DNA of 64,000 nucleotides from Tubiluchus corallicola. Taxonomy: Eukaryota > Animalia > Priapulida. Shown here piece after piece: positions 43,201-52,456 of this stretch. Location of the stretch: positions 496,001-560,000 of the forward strand of contig JAQGDQ010000033.1 in assembly GCA_030141605.1 (NCBI GenBank), read 5' to 3'. The position numbers and the translations under genes are program-made. Below the pieces are notes generated by a model, which saw only the letters and a list, made by a program, of their open reading frames with translations, did no database searches and had not been told where the DNA came from. Within the stretch, counting starts at the first letter, position 1, and each line of letters opens with the position of its first letter.

Positions 43201-46200
43201 AAGGAACGCGAAAAAAGGCCTGACTGGATTTTAACCAAATACCCCTGAATTACAAATCCAAATCCATGACTTCTAGACTTTATGATCATTTATGATTAGT
43301 TGTTGTGTGGGGGCTGAGTGGTCATGGATTTGACTTGTAATTCAAAAATCCCGGATCACTCTCGACTTTTGCACATTTTTTATTTCGGTTTAATACAAAA
43401 ATTCGATAATTTTGGATATGTTCAATCATCAATAATGTTTAAATTAAAATTATAAATAATCAATGACTAAAGCGTTTTTAATAAAAATTGCTGTTCTTAC
43501 TACGTGATGCAAGTAAAGGAAGACTATCTATGTAGGATTTATTCATATGAAGTTTTTTTGGTGCTGTTTACATTTTTGCTTTTGCTACACCCTTGGTCCA
43601 CTTTAGGTGCAGTGTCCCACTAGTGGATTGTTCTCTGTTGCGAAACGATCAGTCTTTGGTTTACTGGTTTCTCAAACCTTTGTTCCTTCAGCCGTTGTAG
43701 CTGTATAATTTATGTTACCATTTGAGTTTTGCGGTTGCCGTTGCCATCTTGTTAGAATCATTTATACTGCCCCCTGTGAGCTTATTGTTATGCCACAAAA
43801 TCATGTAAAGACGATCCAAAATTGTTAAGTGACCTATTGAAGAATCTCTATCCGTGTGTTATCCCTTTGCAAAGATGAGAGCGATGACTCACTGGCCCTG
43901 TTATAAAGAAAAATGTTTTTAAGACTGGACATCTGTAGTATCTGGTCCTGTTGAGATAAGAATGGCACCCATAAATAAAAAGGTGATCGTAAACTGCAGA
44001 GAAGCACTCAAGCTTCCTCTTCTCCATGTAATATCAAAGTGAATGCGTAGCTCTTTAAATTGCTAATCACATCATAGGGAAATGTTCGTTGTAGAGAAGG
44101 GTGTTTGTAAAGGGATTCCTCTGACTCGGAGGTTTCCAGGAAATCCTCCGCACGGCTTCGCTGGCTTTGTGCCAAATGATGGTATTCCTGTAAAATTCTA
44201 GTTGCAGAAAACGCTGCGAAAAACAATTCACCGAGTGTTATCTGGGCCGGGCGACGAGGGGAACCTCCCCGCCTTACCATAAATCTCTTTAGCCTAAATA
44301 TTAATGTTAATTCTGCATGGTTTATAGCAATTAAGGCTTAGTACACAGTTAACACGTGCTGAATATTAAGCATTTTCTTTCCCGCATGCGACTGTTGACA
44401 AATCATAGCAGTGCTGCCAATATAGCAAGGTGAAATTTCCCGCAAGAATCTGCGATTTTTCTTTTTTTCTTCGTAGCAACCAAAAAATTTCCTGGAAAGT
44501 TACCAGGACAATTAAGTTATGTTTAAATCTCAAGTATACGTGTCGTATAAATTTCATCATAATAAAGGTATTAATAAGAAAATTCCTACTAAAAATATTA
44601 ATTTTTTCCTATCATTGGTAGTTTTGAAAATCAACATTATATCCTTTTATTTTTTGTTTTAATGTATTCAGCTTAAATACAGTCAAACAACCAACATTTT
44701 CTTGCATTTTTAAATTTCTTTCAAAAATTAATAGAAGTTTTTCTGAGCTAATTATTGCACACATTTTCACAGTCTCCTCGTAACAATTCGCAATGAAAGT
44801 ACAATTTCTTAATTATTCGCTACGAAATCTCTTAGTAATCTTACGAAAACACACTACCTATCATAACTTGTCACTACACAAGTACTTTTCGGCACAAAAC
44901 AACGATGAATCTGTGGCCTTATACAGTTATGGTACTGATACATTAAATGCTTGGTACTTAATTTTTATTGTCTTAAATGTCGGTTATTTTATTTCACCAA
45001 ACTTTGAAATCCTAAAAAACCTTGTGCCAGGAAATTTCCGAGCAAAAGCAAATTTCATTTACTATTGCTTCCTTCATTTTTTGTTATTTATAATAATAGG
45101 CTAAGATGACTCGTAATCGCTATTAAACTCGACGCAGCAATTTAGCCATCCTACACGGTTTTTATATACTCATGTTTTCAACATTAAGGCTAACTGTATT
45201 TTATGGCCTTTCTAGGCTGGATATAATTATGATAAAAGCCCTCCAACTGGAAAATATGGTGGCTACAATCGATAAATTTTAAAAGTAATTTTACTTTGGG
45301 TAATAAAAATGAGAACACGTGACGGAATTGCTTGTGGAGGTCATTGTGACATGGATTTAAAAGCCTTTGGACGTCACATGTTTTAGTAGCAATAAGTAGG
45401 CATTGTTATAGGTGTTTCTCTCTTTTAAAATTTGTGACCAGCGTTTTAATTTTATAATGCTTTACCGCTTACCATTTTGATTGTCGTAACTTAAACCCAC
45501 GTTTCTACATAAAATACTGACCTTAGATTTATTATTTAAAACTATTGTATGTACAAGATGAATGAGATCTTAGACTTAAACTTATTTATGAAAAAAACAG
45601 TCATTTATAATTACTCTTTGTTGTCAATAAATCAATTGCGTTTTTGTCAATTTTTTTGTCATGTGTGCACACCACACAGAAAACCGTCATCTTTCTTTAA
45701 AATTTGCTGCCACACAAAATTCGGCATTTTATTATTCCTATTAAAATAAAGTTTAAGTATACATGCGTAATATCAAACGAAGTAGTCCTGAACCATAGAT
45801 TTTAGCGCTGTAGCCCATTTGTGTTTTATTACGTCCCCCCCCCCCCCCACACACACACACACGCACGCACACCCTCTTCCTTCCATCACCCGTGTAAATT
45901 CGTACAACTTGCTGTTACATGAGACAGAGCGCAAAAAATTGACCTTTGACCATGAATATTCACTCAGAACCACCGACTACTGCACCGGCTCGCCACCTCA
46001 CTCAAGAAGGGCCAATAAAATCCGAATTTGGTCTATTCACTCACTCTGATGCCGCTGTGTGGGGAATGTTGCCTTGACAATTTGTGGTTCTTTTGATCAC
46101 TCGCACTCGCAGCTACGTATTATTGTGGTTTGGAAAAACATAACACCTTATTTAGACAGAATGATCTGACATGTCACTTTAGGCTTGCCCGCAGCGTGAA

Positions 46201-49200
46201 AATAAGGATTTAGCGCTTATTGTAATCATAACGTTTGTGAGTACCTCGTGCCACTGGATTTGGGAAGTTGTGATAGAACTTTCATACTCCATCCAGAGGA
46301 ATTGATAGCCGTTTCGTTTACTTATCTAATTCCTCCTTAAGAACATTCACGCATTTGTATCGTTGCAGTTTTCGGTTTAGGAGTAGCTTGTTGGTTTTGG
46401 CTGTAGAGTGAATTTTGGCAAAGGGTTTCGATGTCATTCAGTAGCTTGTTTACACGTTGTGGAATGTACAGCATTCGCAGCTCGCCGTCAACCTGTTTGC
46501 AAAATATTTGTGAGTGCCGCCGCTAGGCGATTTCAAGCATTTTTATGATAGATGAATAATATCTGAATGTTTACGACGTCGGCCTGAATACGACATGACT
46601 TTACGGCAGCATACTGGGAAACACCCAGCAATTCCGATGAATCTTAATCAAAATTTGTCCGACCGTTTTCTCTCAGTGCAAACTATGGCTTCCTTCGTAC
46701 ATTAGAAGCATGCACATTCAGAACGAAGCCATTCCATGCTTAGCATTTGCTATCGCATTGTGCATATTATAAATGAATACCAGAATTACCTTTGTGCTAG
46801 CCGACAGATGGCTTACCCGGATTTGAAACGCTTCTGATAAACAATAGCTTTTATATACTTACAAGCATAGTAAAGTTATAAAAATACCTATATGGTTGGG
46901 CATTTTGTGTAGGTTTATATTCAATAATAAAGGAGACTGTCAAATCTTACCAGTTAGACATCATTAAGTTTTGCAGAATAAAGAGTTATTTTATTTACAG
47001 CTAAGTACCTGCTGTAGGTTTTGGTGTTTATGATATTTGAATCGCACAGTTTAAAGTAAAGTATATTAGATCCAGCACAGTAACGCCATCAATATATTTT
47101 TGGTTTCCCAAAATCAATATTTTTGCCAGTTAAGGCATCTGGGGGACTGTAAAACATCTATGCTAATTCCTCTAAGGTGAGTGGTACGGTTACATTACAT
47201 TAAACTTATAGGGTTTTACACTAGTCACAACAATTTGTCTGTATTTTATCCATTAGGTCATGGCTTAGTGAAAGCTGTCTAGGGATTTTTGTTTTTTTCT
47301 CGAAAATTGGGTCAACGTTTATAGGTGATGAATCATACGAAGACCTTTGCAAGTACTTCTAATGGCAGGCAATTTAAAACAGAAGCTAAAATTACATTAA
47401 TTTCTGTTCACTTAATAATTTGCGTAAGTGTCTTGCCGTGTATTTGCACACATTACATTATTGTGGAAAACATCTCTTAATGTTGTAGCACCATCTTTTT
47501 TATGTAATGGAGCTGGATAAAACGTGTGTTGAACTTCATTGTCTTAATCTTAAATTATCATTTTTGTTAATCTAATTAAGTGATTTTTTTATTAACAAAA
47601 ACTATAGGCTTATTGTATTACTAATAACAATTTAATTAATGTTTTGTAAGATTCTTTTATTTTTCACTTATAAACATTTATACATTAGAATTATCAGCTT
47701 TTCATTTAACAGTGTTGCAACTGTATGCACAGTTTCTAGTTGTTTTGCCATATCATTTCAACCACAAATTTATATCACATAACATTGTTTTTGTAAACTT
47801 TGCAAATCCGACTCATTAGCTGCATTAATTTCATTTCGTTTGAAAGGTTGTAACTTACATTTATGTAAATTACTCTGATTAAGGAATTATTATGCTAAAA
47901 ATTATAGCCTTGCTGTACGAAATGAGATACGGTGCACTATATTGTACAAAGGTTTTGATTTATGTGCATAATGTTTCAAATAAGACAAAAAATCATTCAT
48001 CTTCTTACTGCTTGTAGCACCAATAATTATTTCTTCAAAATGCATCATTTACATTTTGCAGAATAAGTGATACTATTAGACAATACACAACAGATTTTAT
48101 GTCCGTACAATTTACATTTGTTCAAGTTTTTATGAATTCAGTAATATAAAGCAGTAAAAATAATGTTAGCTATCAACATACTAAAATATCATTATTCATT
48201 AAAAAGAAATGTTTTCATTCTACATGTATTTTTAAAAACACCTTAACTATTACAGTGATGAATTTCTAAAGGAAAACTGCTCCTGAGGAAGTGGGCAGTA
48301 GCACAAACATAGTAAAAAATTACAGTACATTATGTTATTACGGTTAAGTTTTGTGAATAATTATGTATTTGTAGATGTTCAGTACCACATAATCCAGTTT
48401 CACATACGTTCATTTTTTCAGTATCAGAAGATGTTCTCGAAAAATTGACAAACACATAGAGATTCCTGTACCAGACACTCCAAGAAAGGTAACAGTCATT
48501 TAGGTCTTCAGTGTGCATGTACTGGTGAATTTAATGTGTAAATTGCTTTTAAATTACTCTCAAAAACAAATAGAGCACAAAATTCTTTTCGACTCTACAA
48601 CTTGTAGAGAAATTTGTATGCCACATTTGCATCTATAGTTGATCAATGCTGCAATATTAGAGAATTGTTTTTTACTAATTATGTATAGTGTGGATTATGC
48701 AGTGTTGCGGCATTGACCAGTTTCCAAAAGTTTGCTGTTAGAAATATGTAACTGCAGGGGATCTTTTTGGGTAGCCAAACTTTGTAGATGTTGAACTAGA
48801 TGTAAAAACTGGTTGGTGTCCAACAGTAATGGTTTCCAAGCCTTATTATGTGGTGAAATTACACATTTTAGTAACAGTTGTGTTAGTTATCCAGCACTGG
48901 TGTGACACACAGTGAGTAAATATGTCTTGTTAAACAGTTTGAAATTGACAGCTATTAATAACAGACTCTGCTCATTAATTGTGCAACTCCTTGCTTGTGT
49001 AGTTGTCTGGACAGTATTCTAGTGGCTATGAATTAGTGGACAGCGGTCAGACTGAGAAGACATTCATTCCAGAGACACCTATTGCAGACATACTGGCAAT
49101 GACACCTGAGGAGCAAAACTCGCAAAATGTTGAACGTGAGAGCCTAAACTCCTTAAAGGTAACAAGTTATTCATTTAGTTTCTTCTACATTATCTGATTA

Positions 49201-52200
49201 TTCCCTGAGAGTTAGTCTTCCTTAAAATAGGCTTGTATGAAATGTGCTTTCTGTAATTTTTTCTGTCAGTTTACTGATTCAAGTTTTCCTTTATTTCCTT
49301 GTTACCGCATAGCTGACTGTACTTCCAGAGATCTCCTTCGTTAAACTAAACGTTCTGACAACGATTGATAAATGAATTGTGTAATTTATTGTGAGTTACT
49401 ACTTTGTACCTTAAAGTGCTAATAAACAAAAAAGGCAAATTAAACAAATAAATGATTTGGCAATAAAAACTGTCGCAATATAATGAACATTTGTCAGTGA
49501 CTGAGTGGCCAAAGGCGCGCGAAAAATACCAATAACATTCTCATTTCATTGAGAATTCATGATTTTATAGGAACTATAGGACATTTTTATAGTTTTATCA
49601 AGTTTTATAGGAATTATAGGACATGACCTCAAAATATAGGAATTATAGGACGAGTTCGAGCCCTCACATCCGTACTCTCTACATCTAGCCTCAGAATGTT
49701 ATTTCCTTGTCTGATGCTGCACATGAGGGTAATTTAAGGATTTTTCCGTGCCAGCTTCTAACCGTGAACATGTGGCGTACCTTCTGTTTCTCATAAGTTT
49801 TTTCTCCCTCATCCCGCTGTAGATTACAGCCTTAAAGGCGGATGTAAAATTGATATACAACACTTCACCACATTCCATTCTATTACGTTTTTCATAAATA
49901 AACACTAATCTATGATATTGTTGAAACACATTAAGCTAAGCGGACTTTATATTGAAAATATTGGAAATTAAGCCTAATCGGTTCCTAAAAGTTATCAGTG
50001 TGATTAGCTTACATTAATCCACTCTTCATTTTTAGCGTCTATTTTACTCTCTATATATTTGTACTTGAACGAATGTTTAACATTTGCATTCAAAATTCAC
50101 TTAACTAAGAAAATAAAATTATAGTTTGAACTAAAAAAAATTGATCTTGAACTAATTTTAATTGTTGAATCAGAGAATTGCTGTTAATTGCTTAATTGTG
50201 AATTTTTTTATGATAATTATAATTCACAGACTTATTTTTCGGGTTTGCGGGCCTTTATTTTACCTTTTAGGCCCTAACCAGATTGTATTACAATTTGCTA
50301 ATGTTAATAATGATGAATGTTGTCCTAAAATTGCTCAGCTGAAGTTTTCCTTGTCGTGAAATAAGCTCTTTAGTCGGCTGGCTGCTTTCAATTTTGTAAT
50401 AGCATCCAGGTTGCAAACTTCAGCATAACCTGAAGTTTAACCATAATTTGTCATAATTGCATAGAACTGATTTGATTCGCCTCTAACTTCTCCATTTTGC
50501 TTACCAGCAAAGAGTAGCAGTCAGCTGGCAGCTGGAATAGGTTTTTGAGAATTTTGTTTGATAAATTTTAGCAAGGCACGTTAGCGGAGGATTCGTTCTT
50601 GATTATTTTAAACTTAATTTTGCCAAAACTTTTACAGCATTATTCTGTTTTTCCGAGTAATTTCTTTGAATATCTGACAGTTCATTAATTCATACAGGTA
50701 TGCAATGATACAATGTCTTAACTTAATTTAGCAGATTTTCATTTACAAAATATATAACGCAAGTACCTTTGAATAGTCCACTATTCAATTGACATTGTAA
50801 ATGTTGTGTGTTCTAATGTGGCAGTGTGATTGGAGAAAATGTTTGCATTCATTCTGGTACTCAGGTAAAATTCTTGGTGTGACAAAAATAATTTACTCAA
50901 AAGTCATCGTTTGTACTTCATTTTAGTTCGAGGATGACAAAAAACCTCTACATCCACTTCATTCATCAAGGCTGCACCATGACAGTGGGCACGGAAGTGA
51001 CATGTCTAACAATCCACACTCTCCTGTGACAACTGGTGGGCAGTCATCTGATTCAGGTAGGCAAAAAGGAAACATAAATTTATGTTTGTTCAAAGTTTAC
51101 ATGAAATAGTTGTGCTTTTACATTGGTGACAGTGCCTGAGATTCTTCTACTGAACATGCTCATTGTAATGTAGACTTTGGTTGTTTTTATATCAGCTTGC
51201 TTAAGTCCATTTCACATTACATTATAACATAGTAAGATGATTTAATTCATTTTCCGTTAATGATCTTGCATTATGATATTTCATAATTTATTTAATTTCA
51301 ATGGATTGTTAATTGTGTGATGTCATTTTACTTAGGTTATGGAAGAGAGTACAACACACTGCCAAATGGTGACATAAAGGCTAAACTTGACAGTGTAACA
51401 ACTGGTGAATCAGACTCTGGTGGCATCTCTGTTAAGCCCTTCCTTTTCTCCTTAAAAGGTCGTCCGCCAGGAAGTGGAGACAGTGGCATGCGAGATGTCG
51501 GGTTTGTGTTGGCTCCAACGCCAGAACTGCCTAGGAGAAATGCGAAGAAGAAAGATTTGGAGTTGAAGGAAGTAGGTGGCAAGGAGGAGAATGTTACTCC
51601 TTACACAATGTTTAGCGGTTATCAGGGAACCACTTTGGACTCTGGATTCAGTGGTCTTCCATATGATAACTCCGGGGAATCCCTGCAAAGTAAGACTAGT
51701 CGTAGTGATTCCGATTATGGACGTAAAAGCATAAATTTTTCTGACCGTCCCAGCGATTCTAGTGGTTATGTAAGTGAAGTACAAGCAAATGGTGGTTTCC
51801 CTACAAAGCAGTTACACTATGCTTCCTTGCCAGAGCAAGACTCGAGCCCTAGTTTTAGTATGAGTGATATTTGTGTAGAGCTGCCAGAGGAGAATGGCAG
51901 TGATAGTAATGATGAGAACCCGGTGTTTGCTCCTATACAAGCAGAGCAGGATGCTGAAAAACTTCTTTCAAAACAATCAAATGCTGCTGATAGTTCAGTA
52001 GAAAAAACTCCAGAAGCTTATGTCCCTGCTTCTGAATACGTATTCCCTTCATTTGATGAGGACGAGGAGGAAGATGCAGAGGAAGTGCGTAGTGGTGATG
52101 TTATTAATGGCTATGTTGAATCGCCAGAAGTATTAAACTGTCCGAACAGTAGGTTACCTAATGGCAAACCACACTTCGATGCTGTTATGGCTGAAATGCC

Positions 52201-52456
52201 CCCCAACGGTCCTGAACAGACTATTCCAGTACCTAACGGGTTTGTAGAATGCGAAGATGGCTATGTGCAACAGTGTCTTAATAACAACGTCGACAAACGT
52301 GAAGACGAAGTACCAGACTTAATTGACAGTTACAGTCCTCCCGCAAATGGTTATGTTGTTAGACCAGACTTGTTTTCTGACAAAAAGAAACCGGGCGGCA
52401 GTTCTTCTGTGCAGCACAATGGTTACGCCCCACAAATTCCTTCCACGGAATGTTAA
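12663..52456 (+). CDS. dome: Domeless/gp130-like class I cytokine receptor, 20 coding exons, 1392 aa: join(12663-12744,18197-18502,22036-22156,24167-24354,24947-25119,26478-26616,26954-27042,27296-27515,27790-27924,28168-28350,28556-28708,28870-29043,31166-31495,31828-32054,32919-33018,37853-37937,48422-48488,49003-49158,50927-51056,51336-52456)
   Basis: All exons join in compatible phase with AG acceptors and GT (one GC) donors; total 4179 nt. Domain order is SP-Ig-CBM-FN3x5-TM-Box1-tail. Motifs: GYWSEL (WSXWS-like), IYWKSLPEYSQNG (cf. gp130 LVWKTLPPFEANG), IEIPVPDTP Box1 and terminal GYAPQ. The symbol is a family-level call; orthology was not tested. Confidence 0.88.
13021..13130. repeat. 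57-bp tandem repeat, two diverged copies
   Basis: CTTACCA..TACCACATC.CCT.TTAAATCAG.CAA.TGTATG.TAATATCT at 13021 and 13078. Confidence 0.8.
14003..14170. repeat. short foldback repeat with central CCCTAA units
   Basis: GGTAAAAAAAGTCGCAGAAAAAA arm inverted against TTTTTCCTGTGACTTAATTACC; CCCTAACCCTAACC core; a similar layout occurs at about 8600-8945. Confidence 0.55.
16130..16222. repeat. compound (AT)n(AGAT)n microsatellite
   Basis: direct reading. Confidence 0.95.
16771..16824. repeat. (GT)n/(GCGT)n microsatellite
   Basis: direct reading. Confidence 0.9.
18197..18502 (+). CDS. dome: receptor exon 2, Ig-like domain
   Basis: GNTINITC...DSARYTC Ig signature; ttctag acceptor, G|gtaagt donor. 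Confidence 0.9.
20097..20263. repeat. polypurine GA-rich tract
   Basis: direct reading. Confidence 0.85.
21039..21128. repeat. 51-bp-period direct repeat
   Basis: GCTGAGCCATTTACGT...AAGGC.GCTCCAA at 21039 and 21090. Confidence 0.75.
22036..22156 (+). CDS. dome: receptor exon 3, cytokine-binding module D1 first half
   Basis: ALPKEAANVTFQSWNGQDITIRWEPDPLQPSNNYTVSMKHS; tttcag acceptor, TC|gtaagt donor. Confidence 0.85.
24167..24354 (+). CDS. dome: receptor exon 4, cytokine-binding module D1 second half
   Basis: CPDYHSKGKNSC and VRVSNLAG, typical of class I receptor D1; A|gtaagt donor; alternative in-frame start at 24173. Confidence 0.88.
24947..25119 (+). CDS. dome: receptor exon 5, cytokine-binding module D2 first half
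   Basis: MPAKP...TLNVTW...WYEIRY FN3 pattern; gtgcag acceptor, CAG|gtaaga donor. Confidence 0.9.
26478..26616 (+). CDS. dome: receptor exon 6, D2 second half with WSXWS-like motif
   Basis: NLNPYSNYFVSLRYK...GYWSELISNQTTT; atgcag acceptor, A|gtatgt donor. Confidence 0.9.
26954..27042 (+). CDS. dome: receptor exon 7, FN3 first half, GC donor
   Basis: IPYGEAAMTLGSFTEMLSPGNLRALKIYWK; AAG|gcaagt donor in phase 0. Confidence 0.85.
27296..27515 (+). CDS. dome: receptor exon 8, FN3 second half
   Basis: SLPEYSQNGRTFFYAISW...YRFTVTPTNEKGQS; caccag acceptor, T|gtatgt donor. Confidence 0.9.
27790..27924 (+). CDS. dome: receptor exon 9, FN3 first half
   Basis: YTVTWEPSP...YTVFWC; ttgcag acceptor, G|gtattt donor. 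Confidence 0.9.
28168..28350 (+). CDS. dome: receptor exon 10, FN3 second half
   Basis: CQSDISWEVV...FWVSAN...SSGMEKCPC, resembling the Domeless-type SSGM motif. Confidence 0.88.
28556..28708 (+). CDS. dome: receptor exon 11, FN3 first half
   Basis: TSTSLTIHW...C...GGKIEGYYVYYC; ttacag acceptor, G|gtaaag donor. Confidence 0.9.
28870..29043 (+). CDS. dome: receptor exon 12, FN3 second half
   Basis: ATIKNLDKSSLYRFYVLAYTREGVG; tttcag acceptor, A|gttagt donor; below the ORF-track threshold. Confidence 0.9.
30485..31100. mobile_element. piggyBac-type non-autonomous element (MITE)
   Basis: Perfect 13-bp TIR CCCTTTCACTACA/TGTAGTGAAAGGG flanked by TTAA at 30481-30484 and 31101-31104. Confidence 0.85.
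31166..31495 (+). CDS. dome: receptor exon 13, complete FN3 domain
   Basis: PDGPPENVTV...PNGAILKYIV...YEVLVFACTEAGCS; symmetric phase 1-1 exon. Confidence 0.92.
31828..32054 (+). CDS. dome: receptor exon 14, membrane-proximal FN3 first part
   Basis: APPQMEPPEV...NGPLVHYRLNI; ctttag acceptor, AAC|gtaagt donor. Confidence 0.88.
32919..33018 (+). CDS. dome: receptor exon 15, membrane-proximal FN3 end
   Basis: FTVSAVTIDNNTNPTKLHVGYPSETSTVELCVP; ttttag acceptor, G|gttgga donor. Confidence 0.82.
37853..37937 (+). CDS. dome: receptor exon 16, transmembrane helix
   Basis: VPGNLALLLSMIFLGILLLVAVITLIVI; tttcag acceptor, TA|gtaagt donor. Confidence 0.9.
41000..41850 (-). pseudogene. possible decayed hAT transposase relic
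   Basis: Minus-strand remnants in the expected order: BED-finger-like VRCIHW, QLDNFV, and a frameshifted TVNTR-WN resembling hAT TRWNS; recognised by eye only. Confidence 0.3.
43164..43418. repeat. imperfect long inverted repeat (foldback)
   Basis: GAATTACAAATCCAAATCCATGAC pairs with GTCATGGATTTGACTTGTAATTC; outer ACCGAAA/TTTCGGT arms. Confidence 0.65.
44070..45040. promoter_or_regulatory. candidate intronic STAT/NF-kB enhancer
   Basis: TTCCAGGAA 44134, TTCCTGTAA 44185, TTCCTGGAA 44489, GGGGAACCTCCCC 44258, GAAATTTCCC 44432, GGAAATTTCC 45030 in a CpG-richer segment. Confidence 0.4.
48422..48488 (+). CDS. dome: receptor exon 17, juxtamembrane basic patch and Box1 (JAK binding)
   Basis: YIRRCSRKIDKHIEIPVPDTPRK; phase-2 acceptor ttttttcag matches the TM exon; AAG|gtaaca donor. 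Confidence 0.87.
49003..49158 (+). CDS. dome: receptor exon 18, cytoplasmic
   Basis: LSGQYSSGYELVDSGQTE...SLK; gtgtag acceptor, AAG|gtaaca donor, phase 0-0. Confidence 0.82.
50927..51056 (+). CDS. dome: receptor exon 19, cytoplasmic
   Basis: FEDDKKPLHPLHSSRLHHDSGHGSDMSNNPHSPVTTGGQSSDS; ttttag acceptor, G|gtaggc donor. Confidence 0.85.
51336..52456 (+). CDS. dome: receptor terminal exon 20, Ser/acidic tail with tyrosine motifs
   Basis: Longest ORF in the window; cttag acceptor in phase 1; repeated GYV motifs, YVQQ, GYAPQ; TAA stop. Confidence 0.92.

Noticed and set aside
44008-44280. 90-aa minus-strand ORF in the large intron
   Set aside because: No recognisable domain and no connecting exons; it overlaps the motif cluster. 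Its ATG|GTAAGG could be an antisense donor, but nothing supports that
49494-49670. tRNA-like A-box (GTCAGTGACTGAGTGGCCAAAGGCG) and B-box-like GAGTTCGAGCCCTC
   Set aside because: The boxes are about 130 bp apart, separated by TATAGGA repeats, with no cloverleaf; more likely the end of a MITE than a tRNA gene
51337-51784. Antisense ORFs overlapping the terminal receptor exon
   Set aside because: Shadow ORFs of the real coding exon with no independent coding signal
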